64,000 nucleotides of DNA from Cytophagaceae bacterium. GTDB lineage: Bacteria > Bacteroidota > Bacteroidia > Cytophagales > UBA9547. A program made the position numbers and the translations under genes. The stretch spans positions 3,969 to 67,968 of the forward strand of contig JAIYAU010000022.1 of NCBI GenBank assembly GCA_027488865.1, given 5' to 3'. How positions within the stretch are numbered: the first letter of the stretch is position 1; the number at the start of each line of letters is the position of its first letter. The notes under the pieces were generated by a model, which had not been told where the DNA came from, searched no databases, and was given only the letters and a program-made list of their open reading frames with translations. Below, one piece after another: positions 50,304 through 60,803 of the stretch.

Positions 50304-50849
50304 TTAATTCATTACTGGATATGGTCTACTTACTTTGTTTTCTTGTCTGCACTTATCCAAGAAAAAATCTACTTTTTCATTATCCATGTTTTCGTAATAA
50401 TCCATCCCACATTGAAATACAGGAGCGGTGCCGCATGCCGCCAAACATTCTACACCTTTTAGAGTAAACATGCCATCAGGAGTTGTTTGACCTTTTTTGA
50501 TTCCTAATTTATTCTCAAAATAAGCAATTAATTCATCAGCTCCTCTTAACCAACACGGCCCAGTATGACAAACCTCGATTACGTATTTACCTACAGGTTT
50601 CATATAATACTGAGAATAAAAGGTAGCCACCTCGTATACCTCAATTGGCTTTATGTTTAGCAAAGAAGCCACATAATCCATAATTTCTGGCTTCAGCCAT
50701 CCACCAAGTTCTGCTTGAGCCAAATGCAGTACAGCTATTACAGCAGATTTTTGTTTCCCTTCAGGAAACTTGGCGATATATTTATTGACTAAATTTAATG
50801 CCTCCGGAGAAAATTGTATATTATTATCTAGCATACTCTTAAAATTCAT
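50304..50849 (-). CDS. nuoE: NADH-quinone oxidoreductase subunit E
   Basis: 181 aa. Thioredoxin-like 2Fe-2S ligands: VCHTGPC ... ECLAACGTAP. Confidence 0.93.
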   Translation of the reverse strand: MNFKSMLDNNIQFSPEALNLVNKYIAKFPEGKQKSAVIAVLHLAQAELGGWLKPEIMDYVASLLNIKPIEVYEVATFYSQYYMKPVGKYVIEVCHTGPCWLRGADELIAYFENKLGIKKGQTTPDGMFTLKGVECLAACGTAPVFQCGMDYYENMDNEKVDFFLDKCRQENKVSRPYPVMN

Positions 50850-50864
50850 TATAACACTAAATCG

Positions 50865-52070
50865 CTAAGCATCAAGCTCGCCAGCAATTACATTTAAACT
50901 GCTCATTGTAACTATCGCATCAGATATCAAGCCGCCAGTCACCATTTCAGGATAAGCTTGATAATATATAAAACATGGACGTCTAAAATGCAATCTATAA
51001 GGGGTGCGACCTCCATCACTAATTAGGTAAAAACCTAGTTCTCCATTGGCACCTTCTACTGAATGATAAACTTCTCCAACTGGTGCATCTATTTCACCCA
51101 TTATAATCTTGAAGTGATAGATTAGGGCTTCCATGTTATTGTAAACCTCTTCTTTCTTTGGCAAATATATACCAGGAGCATCTGCATGATAAACTCCAGC
51201 AGGTTCTTTTTTCATTTTAGCCAATGCCTGCTCTATAATACGCAAACTTTGCCAAATCTCTTCATTAAGAACCATAAAGCGATCATAGGTATCACCATGC
51301 TGACCTATAGGAATTTCAAAATCGAATTCTTCATAAGAACAATAAGGATTCATTACCCTTACATCATAATCTACACCAGCTGCTCGTAAATTAGGGCCAG
51401 TAAAACCATAGTTCAATGCTCTTTCAGCCGAAATAGCACCAACCCCTATCGTACGATCCATAAAAATCCTATTTCTATTGAATAAGGCTTCAAACTCCTT
51501 CCATACTGTTGGGAATCTTATCAAGAAAGCCTCAATCTTAGCGATAGACTTTTCATTAAAATCACGTTCAAACCCTCCTATTCTACCTATATTTGTAGTT
51601 AACCTTGCCCCGCAAATCTCTTCATAAATTTCATAAATTTTCTCTCTTTCTTGCATTACATACAAAAAGCCTGTAAATGCACCAGTATCAACTCCTAAAA
51701 TGCTATTGCATATTAGGTGATCAGAGATTCTCGCCAATTCCATGATTATGATTCTCATGTAATCCACTCTTTTAGGAGTTTCGAGTCCAAGCAGTTTTTC
51801 TACAGTCATATGCCACCCGATGTTATTAATAGGGGATGAACAGTAGTTAAGCCTGTCTGTAATAGGTGTAATTTGATAAAATGGCCTATGTTCTGCAAGT
51901 TTTTCGAAGGCACGGTGGATATATCCTATGGTAGGAGAAGCACTTACTATCCTTTCTCCATCCACCTCCAAAATATTTTGGAAGACACCATGGGTAGCAG
52001 GGTGTGTTGGCCCTAGATTAAGGGTTGTGGTTTCTTTTTCAATTTCATTAATCAGCTGAACGTGGCTCAT
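50865..52070 (-). CDS. nuoD: NADH-quinone oxidoreductase subunit D
   Basis: LNLGPTHPATHG motif. The track ORF extends to 52169 and overlaps nuoC. The ATG at 52070 (MSHVQLINEIEK...) avoids the overlap. The start remains uncertain. Confidence 0.9.
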   Translation of the reverse strand: MSHVQLINEIEKETTTLNLGPTHPATHGVFQNILEVDGERIVSASPTIGYIHRAFEKLAEHRPFYQITPITDRLNYCSSPINNIGWHMTVEKLLGLETPKRVDYMRIIIMELARISDHLICNSILGVDTGAFTGFLYVMQEREKIYEIYEEICGARLTTNIGRIGGFERDFNEKSIAKIEAFLIRFPTVWKEFEALFNRNRIFMDRTIGVGAISAERALNYGFTGPNLRAAGVDYDVRVMNPYCSYEEFDFEIPIGQHGDTYDRFMVLNEEIWQSLRIIEQALAKMKKEPAGVYHADAPGIYLPKKEEVYNNMEALIYHFKIIMGEIDAPVGEVYHSVEGANGELGFYLISDGGRTPYRLHFRRPCFIYYQAYPEMVTGGLISDAIVTMSSLNVIAGELDA

Positions 52071-52137
52071 TGGATATCTACTTTTGGTTATATAACCATT
52101 TATACATTGTTCATAAAACTCAAATTTTGGAAGTAAA

Positions 52138-52638
52138 CTATCTTCCAAAAAAATAATCCTTCTTATCAACCCTATTAGGATCTTCTAATGGGTATTCCTT
52201 TCTTAGAGGAAACACTTCCATCTCATCTACATTTAATATCCTTCTAAGATCTGGATGACCGTCAAAGATAATACCGTAAAAGTCGAATGTTTCTCTTTCC
52301 TGCCAATTAGCACTTTCAAAAATTGAGGTAGCAGTAAGAATATGAGGATCACTTACATTTACATAAAACTTTAATCTCAATCTGATATTTTTGACCAAGC
52401 TATGTAAATGATAAACCACACACAATTGAGATGTTTCAGGATAGTGAACACCACAAAGGTCGGTCATAAATTTAAATTTTAAATCACTGTCGTTCCAAAG
52501 AAATTTTAGAATGTCTATGTTCTTTGATTTATCCGCAGTGATTGTTAAGAAGCCATATGGCTCCTCACATTTGATAATATCACTACCAAAAGTTGCTAGG
52601 AGCTTTTCAATAATCTGTGCATTCGAAATTTGCATCAT
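52138..52638 (-). CDS. nuoC: NADH-quinone oxidoreductase subunit C
   Basis: 166 aa. ...WQERETFDFYGIIFDGHPDLRRIL... Confidence 0.93.
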   Translation of the reverse strand: MMQISNAQIIEKLLATFGSDIIKCEEPYGFLTITADKSKNIDILKFLWNDSDLKFKFMTDLCGVHYPETSQLCVVYHLHSLVKNIRLRLKFYVNVSDPHILTATSIFESANWQERETFDFYGIIFDGHPDLRRILNVDEMEVFPLRKEYPLEDPNRVDKKDYFFGR

Positions 52639-52639
52639 T

Positions 52640-53212
52640 TTACTCTATATTGTATTTTGCCAATAATTTATCATATTCAGGGGAGTTTCTCCTTCTAATG
52701 GACTCATTGGCCACCAAATCTTGTAATCTTAAAACCCCATCAATTATTTGTTCTGGTCTTGGAGGGCAACCTGGAACGTAAACATCCACAGGGATAATTT
52801 CATCTATACCTTGCAACACACTATAGGTGTCAAATATCCCACCGCTAGAAGCGCAAGCACCTACAGAGATAACCCATTTAGGCTCTGCCATTTGTTCATA
52901 AACCTGACGAAGTACTGGACCCATTTTTTTTGCAATGGTACCCATCACCATTAACATATCTGCTTGTCTTGGCGAAAAACTAGGTCTTTCAGACCCAAAA
53001 CGTGCAAAGTCATAAGTGGTAGCCATGGTAGCCATAAATTCTATACCACAACAAGAGGTAGCAAATGGCAATGGCCAAAGGGAGTTTTTTCTTGCAAGAC
53101 CTACGGCTTTGTCAAGAGTGGTCGCAAAAAAGCCAGGCCCCTCAACCCCGCTAGGCATATCAACCACTTTTATTGAGGTATTATTTTCTATAAGATTTGA
53201 CATAATATTCAA
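52640..53212 (-). CDS. nuoB: NADH-quinone oxidoreductase subunit B
   Basis: N2-cluster ligands: CCGIEFMA ... GACASSGG ... PGCPP. Confidence 0.96.
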   Translation of the reverse strand: MNIMSNLIENNTSIKVVDMPSGVEGPGFFATTLDKAVGLARKNSLWPLPFATSCCGIEFMATMATTYDFARFGSERPSFSPRQADMLMVMGTIAKKMGPVLRQVYEQMAEPKWVISVGACASSGGIFDTYSVLQGIDEIIPVDVYVPGCPPRPEQIIDGVLRLQDLVANESIRRRNSPEYDKLLAKYNIE

Positions 53213-53267
53213 ATTTTAAGCATTTTAACAGATCCTTTATTTTCAACGACCTGATTAACTTATTTGT

Positions 53268-53636
53268 TTATTCCCAATCCAGTGCTTTTCTTTTAATAAC
53301 ATAAAAGAACCCAACCAACAGGAACGTCATAAATATAAGCATTTCTACGAAACCAAAAATGCCTAATTCTCTGAAATTTACCGCCCAAGGATACATAAAT
53401 ATCACCTCTACATCAAACAGCACAAATAAAATGGCGGTAAGAAAATACTTTATAGAAAAAGGATTCCTAGCATTACCAACTGATTCAATTCCGCATTCAA
53501 ACGACTCTAGTTTATTTTTAGAATCTCGTTTTGGACCTACCAAGTGAGTAAGAACCATGGTTGTAACTACGAAGCCAGCAGCCACAAAAAATTGAATTAA
53601 AATCGGCAAATAGTCAACAGGAAGATTGGTTTCCAT
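53268..53636 (-). CDS. nuoA: NADH-quinone oxidoreductase subunit A
   Basis: 122 aa, 3 TM. FECGIES and FDVEVIFMYPW motifs. Confidence 0.93.
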   Translation of the reverse strand: METNLPVDYLPILIQFFVAAGFVVTTMVLTHLVGPKRDSKNKLESFECGIESVGNARNPFSIKYFLTAILFVLFDVEVIFMYPWAVNFRELGIFGFVEMLIFMTFLLVGFFYVIKRKALDWE

Positions 53637-53660
53637 ATTTCAATTGTATTAATCAGCTAG

Positions 53661-53691
53661 CAAAAGTATAAACCTATCCTATAAAAGCAAA
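53661..53691 (-). promoter_or_regulatory. Candidate sigma-A promoter for the nuo operon (-33 TTTG, 19-nt spacer, -7 TACTTTTG)
   Basis: The minus strand reads TTTG (53691-53688) and TACTTTTG (53668-53661). The nuoA ATG is at 53636. Confidence 0.55.
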
Positions 53692-53794
53692 CAGTTTTTA
53701 AACTTTCACCAAATTCATTTTAGTTATTGTTAAAAACTGTGTGATAATCAGGTAAATGATTGACAATTAAGCTATTTAGAATTATTCTAAATTT

Positions 53795-54976
53795 TTACTC
53801 AGACCCTAACTTTCTGCTCTCAACTTCAAGTGCAAATGTATTATGAATTACAATTTTGGAATCTGGTGGCAAGTCTCCAGAAAGCCTTATTTCAGCATTA
53901 CTACCATCATTGCTTAGTACATCCACCTTTAACTTCTTGAAATATAAATTGGGATCTTTGTCAGTTTTTGCAGCATGAATAGTGTGAAAGAGATAAGAAA
54001 TTTTTGATTCTTCATAAATGGCCGTTATTGGAACAGTAGTAACCTTTTCGTCAGAATTTCTACTTTGGATTTTAGCCACCACTGACATATATGGTAATAT
54101 TGAAGAATTACCTCCGCTGCTAAACCTCACATGTAGAATCACCGACTTGTTCTCATTATCAACAGATCTAGATATTGATTGAATATATCCTTTTACCTTA
54201 TTCATGCTTTTATTGGCAAATTCCAACTCCAATTCTTGGCCTTCCTTTATCATATTTATATCTCGTTCGTAGCAATATACCTCAGCATGAAAATCAGACG
54301 AGCCTACGATTTTTGCAAGTTCTACCCCTGGAGATACCTGCATACCTATATTCACTGGTAATTTTAGCACATAACCATCAATTGGAGATCCTATTGTTAC
54401 ATTTGAAACAATTGAGAAATTCTTTGAATCATCCAAATTATCTGTATTGAGGCCTAAGAGCATTAATTTTGCCTTAATCGATTTTAAATTTCCAAGAGAC
54501 TGATAATACTTTGCCTCGGCATTTTGCAAATCTGCAAGTGCACCAACATCATTTTTTCTTAGCTCTACTTGACGGTTGTATTCTTGTTCTAAGAATCTTA
54601 ATTCATTTTTGTTATTGATGTAATCTTGTTGAATTTGAATGATTTCAAAACCTGAAATCGTAAATATTGGCTGTCCTTTACTTACCTTAGCGCCTTCGAT
54701 TACATATATGCGATCGATTTTTCCAGCAATATTGCTACTTAATGAGGCTTCTGAATTCGGGAGTGGCACAATTTTACCATTAGCATATACAATTGGTGTT
54801 ATTATTTGCTGATCTACCTCACCCAACTCTATATCCATAAGATCGAGTTGTTTTGTGGTGAGGACAATATACTTTTGGGTGGTACTATTCGTTTTTGCCT
54901 CCTCTTTTTTGCCTGAATCTGTACAACTGTATAAGAACAACAAGAAAGTTATGGGAACTAATAAATTGAATTTCAT
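53795..54976 (-). CDS. Efflux RND transporter periplasmic adaptor subunit (CzcB/HlyD family)
   Basis: 393 aa with a lipoprotein signal (…LYSC-T). Has a biotinyl-lipoyl-like hairpin and coiled-coil region. Last gene of the RND operon. Confidence 0.8.
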   Translation of the reverse strand: MKFNLLVPITFLLFLYSCTDSGKKEEAKTNSTTQKYIVLTTKQLDLMDIELGEVDQQIITPIVYANGKIVPLPNSEASLSSNIAGKIDRIYVIEGAKVSKGQPIFTISGFEIIQIQQDYINNKNELRFLEQEYNRQVELRKNDVGALADLQNAEAKYYQSLGNLKSIKAKLMLLGLNTDNLDDSKNFSIVSNVTIGSPIDGYVLKLPVNIGMQVSPGVELAKIVGSSDFHAEVYCYERDINMIKEGQELELEFANKSMNKVKGYIQSISRSVDNENKSVILHVRFSSGGNSSILPYMSVVAKIQSRNSDEKVTTVPITAIYEESKISYLFHTIHAAKTDKDPNLYFKKLKVDVLSNDGSNAEIRLSGDLPPDSKIVIHNTFALEVESRKLGSE

Positions 54977-55015
54977 TGTAAAAACGGCTTTAATGGTAAA
55001 TAGTACTTAAGTATA

Positions 55016-56254
55016 CTAAATATCTCCTTGAAGATAGTTTAAGTTAATAATAGACTGATTATAACTCTTAAGAGCATCTAGATATAATAGCTGAATCTGA
55101 AAAGCTTGATCTAGATTATATAAATACACATAATAATTTATACTACCTGCCCTAAAACTCTGCTCTGATGCTCTTAGAATTTCTGCACTTTGTTTGAGAC
55201 CTGTATTTTCAAAATAGTTTAAACTCTCTCTGAATTGATTGTATTGAGAAAGTGCAGAGGCATATTCTGTGGTAAGTCTATTTTTATTAATAGCAATTTG
55301 TGTATTGGCAGATTCTACCCCCCTTTTGGCGGCTGTTATCAATGAATTGTACTTCCAATACCAAAGTGGTAAGGAAACGCCAAATTGTAGTCTATAGTAT
55401 AAAGCAGGGTCTGGAGTAACTTGAGAAAAATATCCAAACATAATACTTGGAAGGGTTCGATGTTGCTCAGTTCTTAATAATCTGTTTGCATAGTCTCTTT
55501 TTCTTTCAAAAAGAGAATTGAATGGGTTTTTGTCAACAAACGACAATTGGAAGTCTTGAGATAGTGAATAGGAGCTTTTTTGTAAGTTTGAAACTGGTAG
55601 AAATACCTCACCCTCAGGCTTACCAGAAATTAAATTTGACAACAAGAACTTGACACTGTTTAACTCTGCTCGTGTTTGTAAAAGCTGATTTTGCAAGGTC
55701 TTATATTTTGCCTCTCCGTTAATTTTCTCTAGATTAGCTATTTGCCCTACATTATACCTTACTTCGTTAACCTTTAGCAAATTAACCAAAGTAGAGTCAA
55801 ATTTGGTTAGCATTTTCTCCTTTTCAATTAAAAATTGAACGTTATTATAATTTATTTTGACATTGTATTTAAGGTTATTAATAGAAATAGACCTTTCAAT
55901 TCCTGCCACATCGACCAATACATTTTGAGCACGGTATTGATTTACGTACACAGTAGGAAAAGCAATGGTTTGTAAAATACTAGGGCGTTGATCCTGTCCT
56001 GTTGGGGATTGAAAAAGAACATCTAAGTTATTAACATTTACAGTTGAAGGAAGTAGTGCTTTTTCTTGAGCAATTCTTTGATCTGCAAGCAGTACCGATG
56101 GATTGTTTTTTATAGATAACTCTATTGCTTCTTCTATTGTTACTAACTTTTGGGCAACCGAGCCTATTGAAGAAAACAGCACCAAGAGACTTACTAGTAA
56201 AAAAAGCTTATTTTTTATTTGATAAATGGCCATGAACAAATTATTAATTTTCAA
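55016..56254 (-). CDS. TolC-family outer membrane efflux protein (CzcC-like)
   Basis: 412 aa with a signal peptide and two-repeat helical OEP architecture. Overlaps the RND pump gene by 11 nt. Confidence 0.8.
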   Translation of the reverse strand: MKINNLFMAIYQIKNKLFLLVSLLVLFSSIGSVAQKLVTIEEAIELSIKNNPSVLLADQRIAQEKALLPSTVNVNNLDVLFQSPTGQDQRPSILQTIAFPTVYVNQYRAQNVLVDVAGIERSISINNLKYNVKINYNNVQFLIEKEKMLTKFDSTLVNLLKVNEVRYNVGQIANLEKINGEAKYKTLQNQLLQTRAELNSVKFLLSNLISGKPEGEVFLPVSNLQKSSYSLSQDFQLSFVDKNPFNSLFERKRDYANRLLRTEQHRTLPSIMFGYFSQVTPDPALYYRLQFGVSLPLWYWKYNSLITAAKRGVESANTQIAINKNRLTTEYASALSQYNQFRESLNYFENTGLKQSAEILRASEQSFRAGSINYYVYLYNLDQAFQIQLLYLDALKSYNQSIINLNYLQGDI

Positions 56255-59200
56255 AAGTATCTTGCTTTTTGCTGTTGGCTAGTACATAAATGATTGGCAA
56301 AACTACCAAAGTCAATATAGTAGCAGACAACAATCCTCCCACTACTACTGTAGCTAATGGTTTTTGAACCTCTGCTCCAGCTCCATGAGATAAAGCCATT
56401 GGCAAAAATCCAAAGGCTGCTACGGCAGAAGTAAGTAAGATAGGTCTGAATTTCTCCTTTATACCCAGTTTTACTTTATGATAAATGTTATAAACACCTT
56501 GTTCTTCAAGTAATTTAAAATGTCCTATAAGCAATATTCCATTTAATACGGCTACTCCAAATAATGCAATAAAGCCAACTCCAGCAGATATACTGAAAAC
56601 CATCCCTCTTAAAAGTAAGGAGAAAATACCCCCAACTGCAGCTAAAGGCACTGCGGAGAATATAATGACACTGTCTTTAATGGTTCCGAAGGTAGCATAT
56701 AAAAGGCCAAAGATGACCAATAAAGCTATGGGTAATACAATGGATAACCTTCCTTTAGCTCTTGTCAAATTTTCAAATTGCCCGCCATAATCGATACGAT
56801 ATCCTGTAGATAACTTCACTTCATTTTCAATTAAACCTTTTGCCTCATTTACAAGCGACTCCACATCTCTTCCTCGTACGTTACACCCAATATTAATTCG
56901 TCGTTCCCCGTTTTCTCTTGAAATTTCTGCTGGACCCTTTTCTACAGAAATTGAAGCTATTTCCTTTAAGGGTATTACATTTCCATCCTTGTCGACTACA
57001 CTAAGATTCCTAATATCATCAATTGATTTTCTATCTTCAGAAGCCAACCTTACTGATAAATCGTAGCGTTTTTCACCATCGTAAATTGTGCCCGCTTTTT
57101 TACCAGCAAAAGCAGTTTGCAGCACATCATTTACTTGTGTAATACTTATACCAAAATACTGCATGCGCTTTCTATCGTAAACAATGCTTATTTGAGGCAG
57201 GCCACCTAACTTCTGCACTTGCACGTCCTTAGCGCCTTGTACTCTCTGCAAAATATTAGCAATCTGATTCCCTTTTGAAATAAGTATATCCAAATCATCC
57301 CCAAACACTTTTACAACAATATCGGTTTTAGCTCCACTCAACATATCATTGAATCTATTTTCAATAGGCTGCATTATTGAGTAGGTTATCCCTGGATATT
57401 GGTCTAAAATTTCGGCAATTTTTTCTGTAAGTTCCTTTTTCTCGTGCACTTTATTCCATGATTTGATAGGATGTAGTCCAATAATCAAATCCATAGCTTC
57501 CATTGGCATTGGATCAGTCGGAATTTCTGATGTTCCTATTTTACAAACAACATTTTTCACTTCTGCAGAATATTCTTCAAGCAAATGAACGGAGATTTTT
57601 TTCGCAATTCTTGTACTTTGAGTTAGTGAGGTACCTACTGGTAATCTTATTTCCACCGAATAGTCGCCTTCGTCAATTTTAGGGATAAACTCCCCGCCTA
57701 TTTTACTAAAGCTATATAAGCCTAAAAACAATAATACCGCAGAAATAGCTATTACCCACCACTTTTTTCTCAAGGCTAAATTTAATAATGGCTCATACGC
57801 TGTAAATAAAGTATTAACCAATTTATCTGCAAAGCCTTCTAAAAATCCATGATGGTCGTGAGGTTTAATAAACAATGTGCACATCATTGGCACATAAGTT
57901 AAAGACAATAGAAGCGCACCAAAAATGGCAAAACTCACAGTAACGGCCATTGGCATAAACATTTTACCTTCAATGCCTGTAAGGGTCATAATAGGAACAT
58001 AAACAATTAAAATTATTAATCCCCCATAAACCACAGATTTTTTAACCTTAATGGCGGCGTTAGTAATAATTTCTTCTTTTTGGAAAATTGACAAGAATCT
58101 ACTGTTATATTCCTTAGAGGCTAAGGTCAGCTCAAGCACTACTGCTTCTACCACAATGATGGCACTGTCTACCAACATACCAAAATCAATAGCACCAAGA
58201 CTCATCAAGTTACCTAATACTCCAAACTGATTCATTAAGGAAACTGCAATTAGCATGGATAAAGGAATAACAGAGGCCGATAATAATGCGGCTCTCCAAT
58301 CTCCCAATATTAAGATGAGTACTAATAATACAATAATACATCCTTCTACCAAGTTGGTAACCACAGTTTTAATGGCTCTTGAAACAAATTCTTCTCGATC
58401 CAAAAATGGCGCAATTTCAAGGCCTTCAGGTAGTGCCTTTTGAACTTCTTTTAACTTTAGTTTTAATGCCTTGATAACATTGGTTGCATTTTCTCCCTTA
58501 CGCATGAGAATAATACCTCCTACTACTTCTTCCCCATTTCGCGTCATGGCTCCGTATCTAACAGACGACCCAAAACTCACCTCTGCTACGTCATCTACTG
58601 TGACTGGTACATTGCCATTGTTTTTAATTACAATATCTCCTATATCTTCTAAATTTTTTGCTAAACCAACACCTCTAACCACCAAGGCTGTTTCTTCATT
58701 TTCAATATATGTACCTCCGGTATTATTAGTTCCATTATTTAATGCTTGAAATAATTCATCCATGGTCACTCCAGTTGCCTTTAGTAGTTCAGGCTTAACC
58801 TTGGCTTGATACTCTTTAACAAAACCACCAAAACTACTAATGTCTGCAATACCAGGGGAACTTAATAATCTCTTGCGAACCAGCCAGTCTTGTACCGTTC
58901 GAATCTCCATTGGTGAGAATGAAGTATCTTTAAGATCTTCAGTTTTTATTACATATTGATAAATTTCTCCCAACCCAGTAGAAATAGGAGCTAGTGTAGG
59001 ATTGCCAAACTCAGGTGGCATGTCATTTTTAAGCTGCAAAAGTCTTTCAAAAACCATTTGACGTGCCTTGTACACATCCATATCGTCCTCAAAAATCAAG
59101 GTAACATTAGAAAGACTAAATCTTGAAACAGAACGCATCTCCACCAAACCAGGGATATTGGCCATGGCAAGTTCAATAGGAGAAGAAACAAATTTTTCTA

Positions 59201-59381
59201 TTTCATAAGCGGAAAGGTTCGGATTTTGGGTAATAATAAGAACCTGATTATTTGTAATATCTGGGATGGCATCAATGGGAAGTTTATATACGGAATAACT
59301 ACCCCATCCAATTACTAATAATATAAAAAAGCCAACGACATACTTTTGTCTAATACTGAAAATAATCAGTTTATCAATCAT
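56244..59381 (-). CDS. CusA/CzcA-family heavy-metal efflux RND transporter permease
   Basis: 1045 aa, 12-TM RND architecture. The N-terminus (MIDKLIIFSIRQKYVV...) and the TM4 region (GAIDFGMLVDSAIIVVE) are typical of the HME-RND family. Confidence 0.9.
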   Translation of the reverse strand: MIDKLIIFSIRQKYVVGFFILLVIGWGSYSVYKLPIDAIPDITNNQVLIITQNPNLSAYEIEKFVSSPIELAMANIPGLVEMRSVSRFSLSNVTLIFEDDMDVYKARQMVFERLLQLKNDMPPEFGNPTLAPISTGLGEIYQYVIKTEDLKDTSFSPMEIRTVQDWLVRKRLLSSPGIADISSFGGFVKEYQAKVKPELLKATGVTMDELFQALNNGTNNTGGTYIENEETALVVRGVGLAKNLEDIGDIVIKNNGNVPVTVDDVAEVSFGSSVRYGAMTRNGEEVVGGIILMRKGENATNVIKALKLKLKEVQKALPEGLEIAPFLDREEFVSRAIKTVVTNLVEGCIIVLLVLILILGDWRAALLSASVIPLSMLIAVSLMNQFGVLGNLMSLGAIDFGMLVDSAIIVVEAVVLELTLASKEYNSRFLSIFQKEEIITNAAIKVKKSVVYGGLIILIVYVPIMTLTGIEGKMFMPMAVTVSFAIFGALLLSLTYVPMMCTLFIKPHDHHGFLEGFADKLVNTLFTAYEPLLNLALRKKWWVIAISAVLLFLGLYSFSKIGGEFIPKIDEGDYSVEIRLPVGTSLTQSTRIAKKISVHLLEEYSAEVKNVVCKIGTSEIPTDPMPMEAMDLIIGLHPIKSWNKVHEKKELTEKIAEILDQYPGITYSIMQPIENRFNDMLSGAKTDIVVKVFGDDLDILISKGNQIANILQRVQGAKDVQVQKLGGLPQISIVYDRKRMQYFGISITQVNDVLQTAFAGKKAGTIYDGEKRYDLSVRLASEDRKSIDDIRNLSVVDKDGNVIPLKEIASISVEKGPAEISRENGERRINIGCNVRGRDVESLVNEAKGLIENEVKLSTGYRIDYGGQFENLTRAKGRLSIVLPIALLVIFGLLYATFGTIKDSVIIFSAVPLAAVGGIFSLLLRGMVFSISAGVGFIALFGVAVLNGILLIGHFKLLEEQGVYNIYHKVKLGIKEKFRPILLTSAVAAFGFLPMALSHGAGAEVQKPLATVVVGGLLSATILTLVVLPIIYVLANSKKQDTFEN

Positions 59382-59684
59382 AATTGCAATTTAATAGTAA
59401 TAAGACTAACAAAATAAACATTTTGTTTAATCTTTTGTGCAAATAAGTTCAAGTTTATTAAACAAACTATCAAATAACTCTATAAAATACAGAATAGCAA
59501 GCTGTGTATAATCTAAATAATTAGAATAGTTTGTTTATATTAAACCATAGTGGCAGTAAAACCAGTTTGCAAACAAATTTTGGTTCAATATTGCACAATA
59601 TTACATTTAAAAATATTTTAAAAATAATCAATGCTAAAAAAAAATGTATTTTAATCTATAAATAAGTAATAATACTTAGTTAGA

Positions 59685-60803
59685 TTAGTATTGCTCCATA
59701 CCATTATCTACCTCCATCGCCCAGCCATGGATACCACTGCTTAGATTAATTAAATTGGTGAAATTATGTTTACTTTTTAAAAAACTGATGGCCTGAGCAC
59801 TTCTTAATCCATGATGGCAATAGAATACAACAGGCTTAGTTGTGGAAATTAGTTCAATTTTTGAACCAAGTTGACTGAGAGGAATTAATTGTGAATTGTG
59901 AATTTTACAAATTTCAGCCTCCCAATTTTCTCTTACATCGATAAGTTGAAAATCTAAATTATCTTCAATAATAATCGCAAGATCTTTTGGGGAAATGGAA
60001 TCATTTAAGTTAATTACTTTTTTAGTTCCACAAAAAACTTCATAATCAACAAGTTGTGTTAATTCAAAATTATCAGAATTTTTTTGAAACTTAACCTTGT
60101 ATTGATTCATGTTGAGTGCATCAAACACCAAAAGCTGACCAGAAAGAACTTGCCCAATACCTAAAACCATTTTGACGACCTCATTAGCTTGATAGGTGCC
60201 AATGATACCCGGAAGTACACCGATTACCCCGATTTCCGAGCAATTATCCATTTCTCCTGGCAAGGGTGGTGTTGGATATAAACAACGATAACTGGGGCCG
60301 TTATTATAATTAAAAACCGAAACTTGACCCTCAAATTTATAAATTGAGCCAAAAACCCACGGTTTTCCTAGAATAACACAGGCATCATTTATAAGATATC
60401 GAGTTTGAAAATTATCTGAACCATCTACGATAATATCAAAATTGCCTAAAATATCTAATGCATTATGATTATCAAGACGCTCCTCAAAAAAATCAAAATT
60501 TATTAGCGGATTTAGCGCGGTCAAATGAGTCAAGGCACTTTTGGCTTTGGATTTACCTACATCATTCGTTGAGTACAATATTTGTCTTTGCAAATTGCTT
60601 TCATCTACTTGGTCAAAATCTAAAATTCCGATGTGCCCAATCCCAGCAGCTGTAAGATACAATAAAACAGGTGATCCAAGACCACCTGCACCAACCACCA
60701 AAACACTTGTGGATTTGAGTTTTTGCTGCCCTTCAATGCCAACTTCTGGCAAAATAATATGCCGACTATATCTCTTTTTCTCCTCGATAGACAATGACTG
60801 CAT
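59685..60803 (-). CDS. ThiF/MoeB-family adenylyltransferase with C-terminal rhodanese domain (MoeZ-type sulfur-carrier activating enzyme)
   Basis: 372 aa. RYSRHIILPEVG...VVGAGGLGSP (E1-like nucleotide site). Rhodanese active-site loop is CHHGLRS. Confidence 0.88.
   Translation of the reverse strand: MQSLSIEEKKRYSRHIILPEVGIEGQQKLKSTSVLVVGAGGLGSPVLLYLTAAGIGHIGILDFDQVDESNLQRQILYSTNDVGKSKAKSALTHLTALNPLINFDFFEERLDNHNALDILGNFDIIVDGSDNFQTRYLINDACVILGKPWVFGSIYKFEGQVSVFNYNNGPSYRCLYPTPPLPGEMDNCSEIGVIGVLPGIIGTYQANEVVKMVLGIGQVLSGQLLVFDALNMNQYKVKFQKNSDNFELTQLVDYEVFCGTKKVINLNDSISPKDLAIIIEDNLDFQLIDVRENWEAEICKIHNSQLIPLSQLGSKIELISTTKPVVFYCHHGLRSAQAISFLKSKHNFTNLINLSSGIHGWAMEVDNGMEQY

Noticed and set aside
53774-53792. 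19-nt AT-rich palindrome ATTTAGAAT-T-ATTCTAAAT immediately downstream of the RND adaptor gene stop
   Set aside because: It is AT-only, and such short palindromes are expected by chance in roughly 30% GC intergenic DNA. It could be a weak terminator or an operator, but nothing supports either reading.
53795-59381. RND operon order pump-OMF-adaptor (czcA-like, czcC-like, czcB-like) instead of the textbook czcCBA order
   Set aside because: Gene-order permutations of HME-RND operons are common. All three components are intact and tightly linked.
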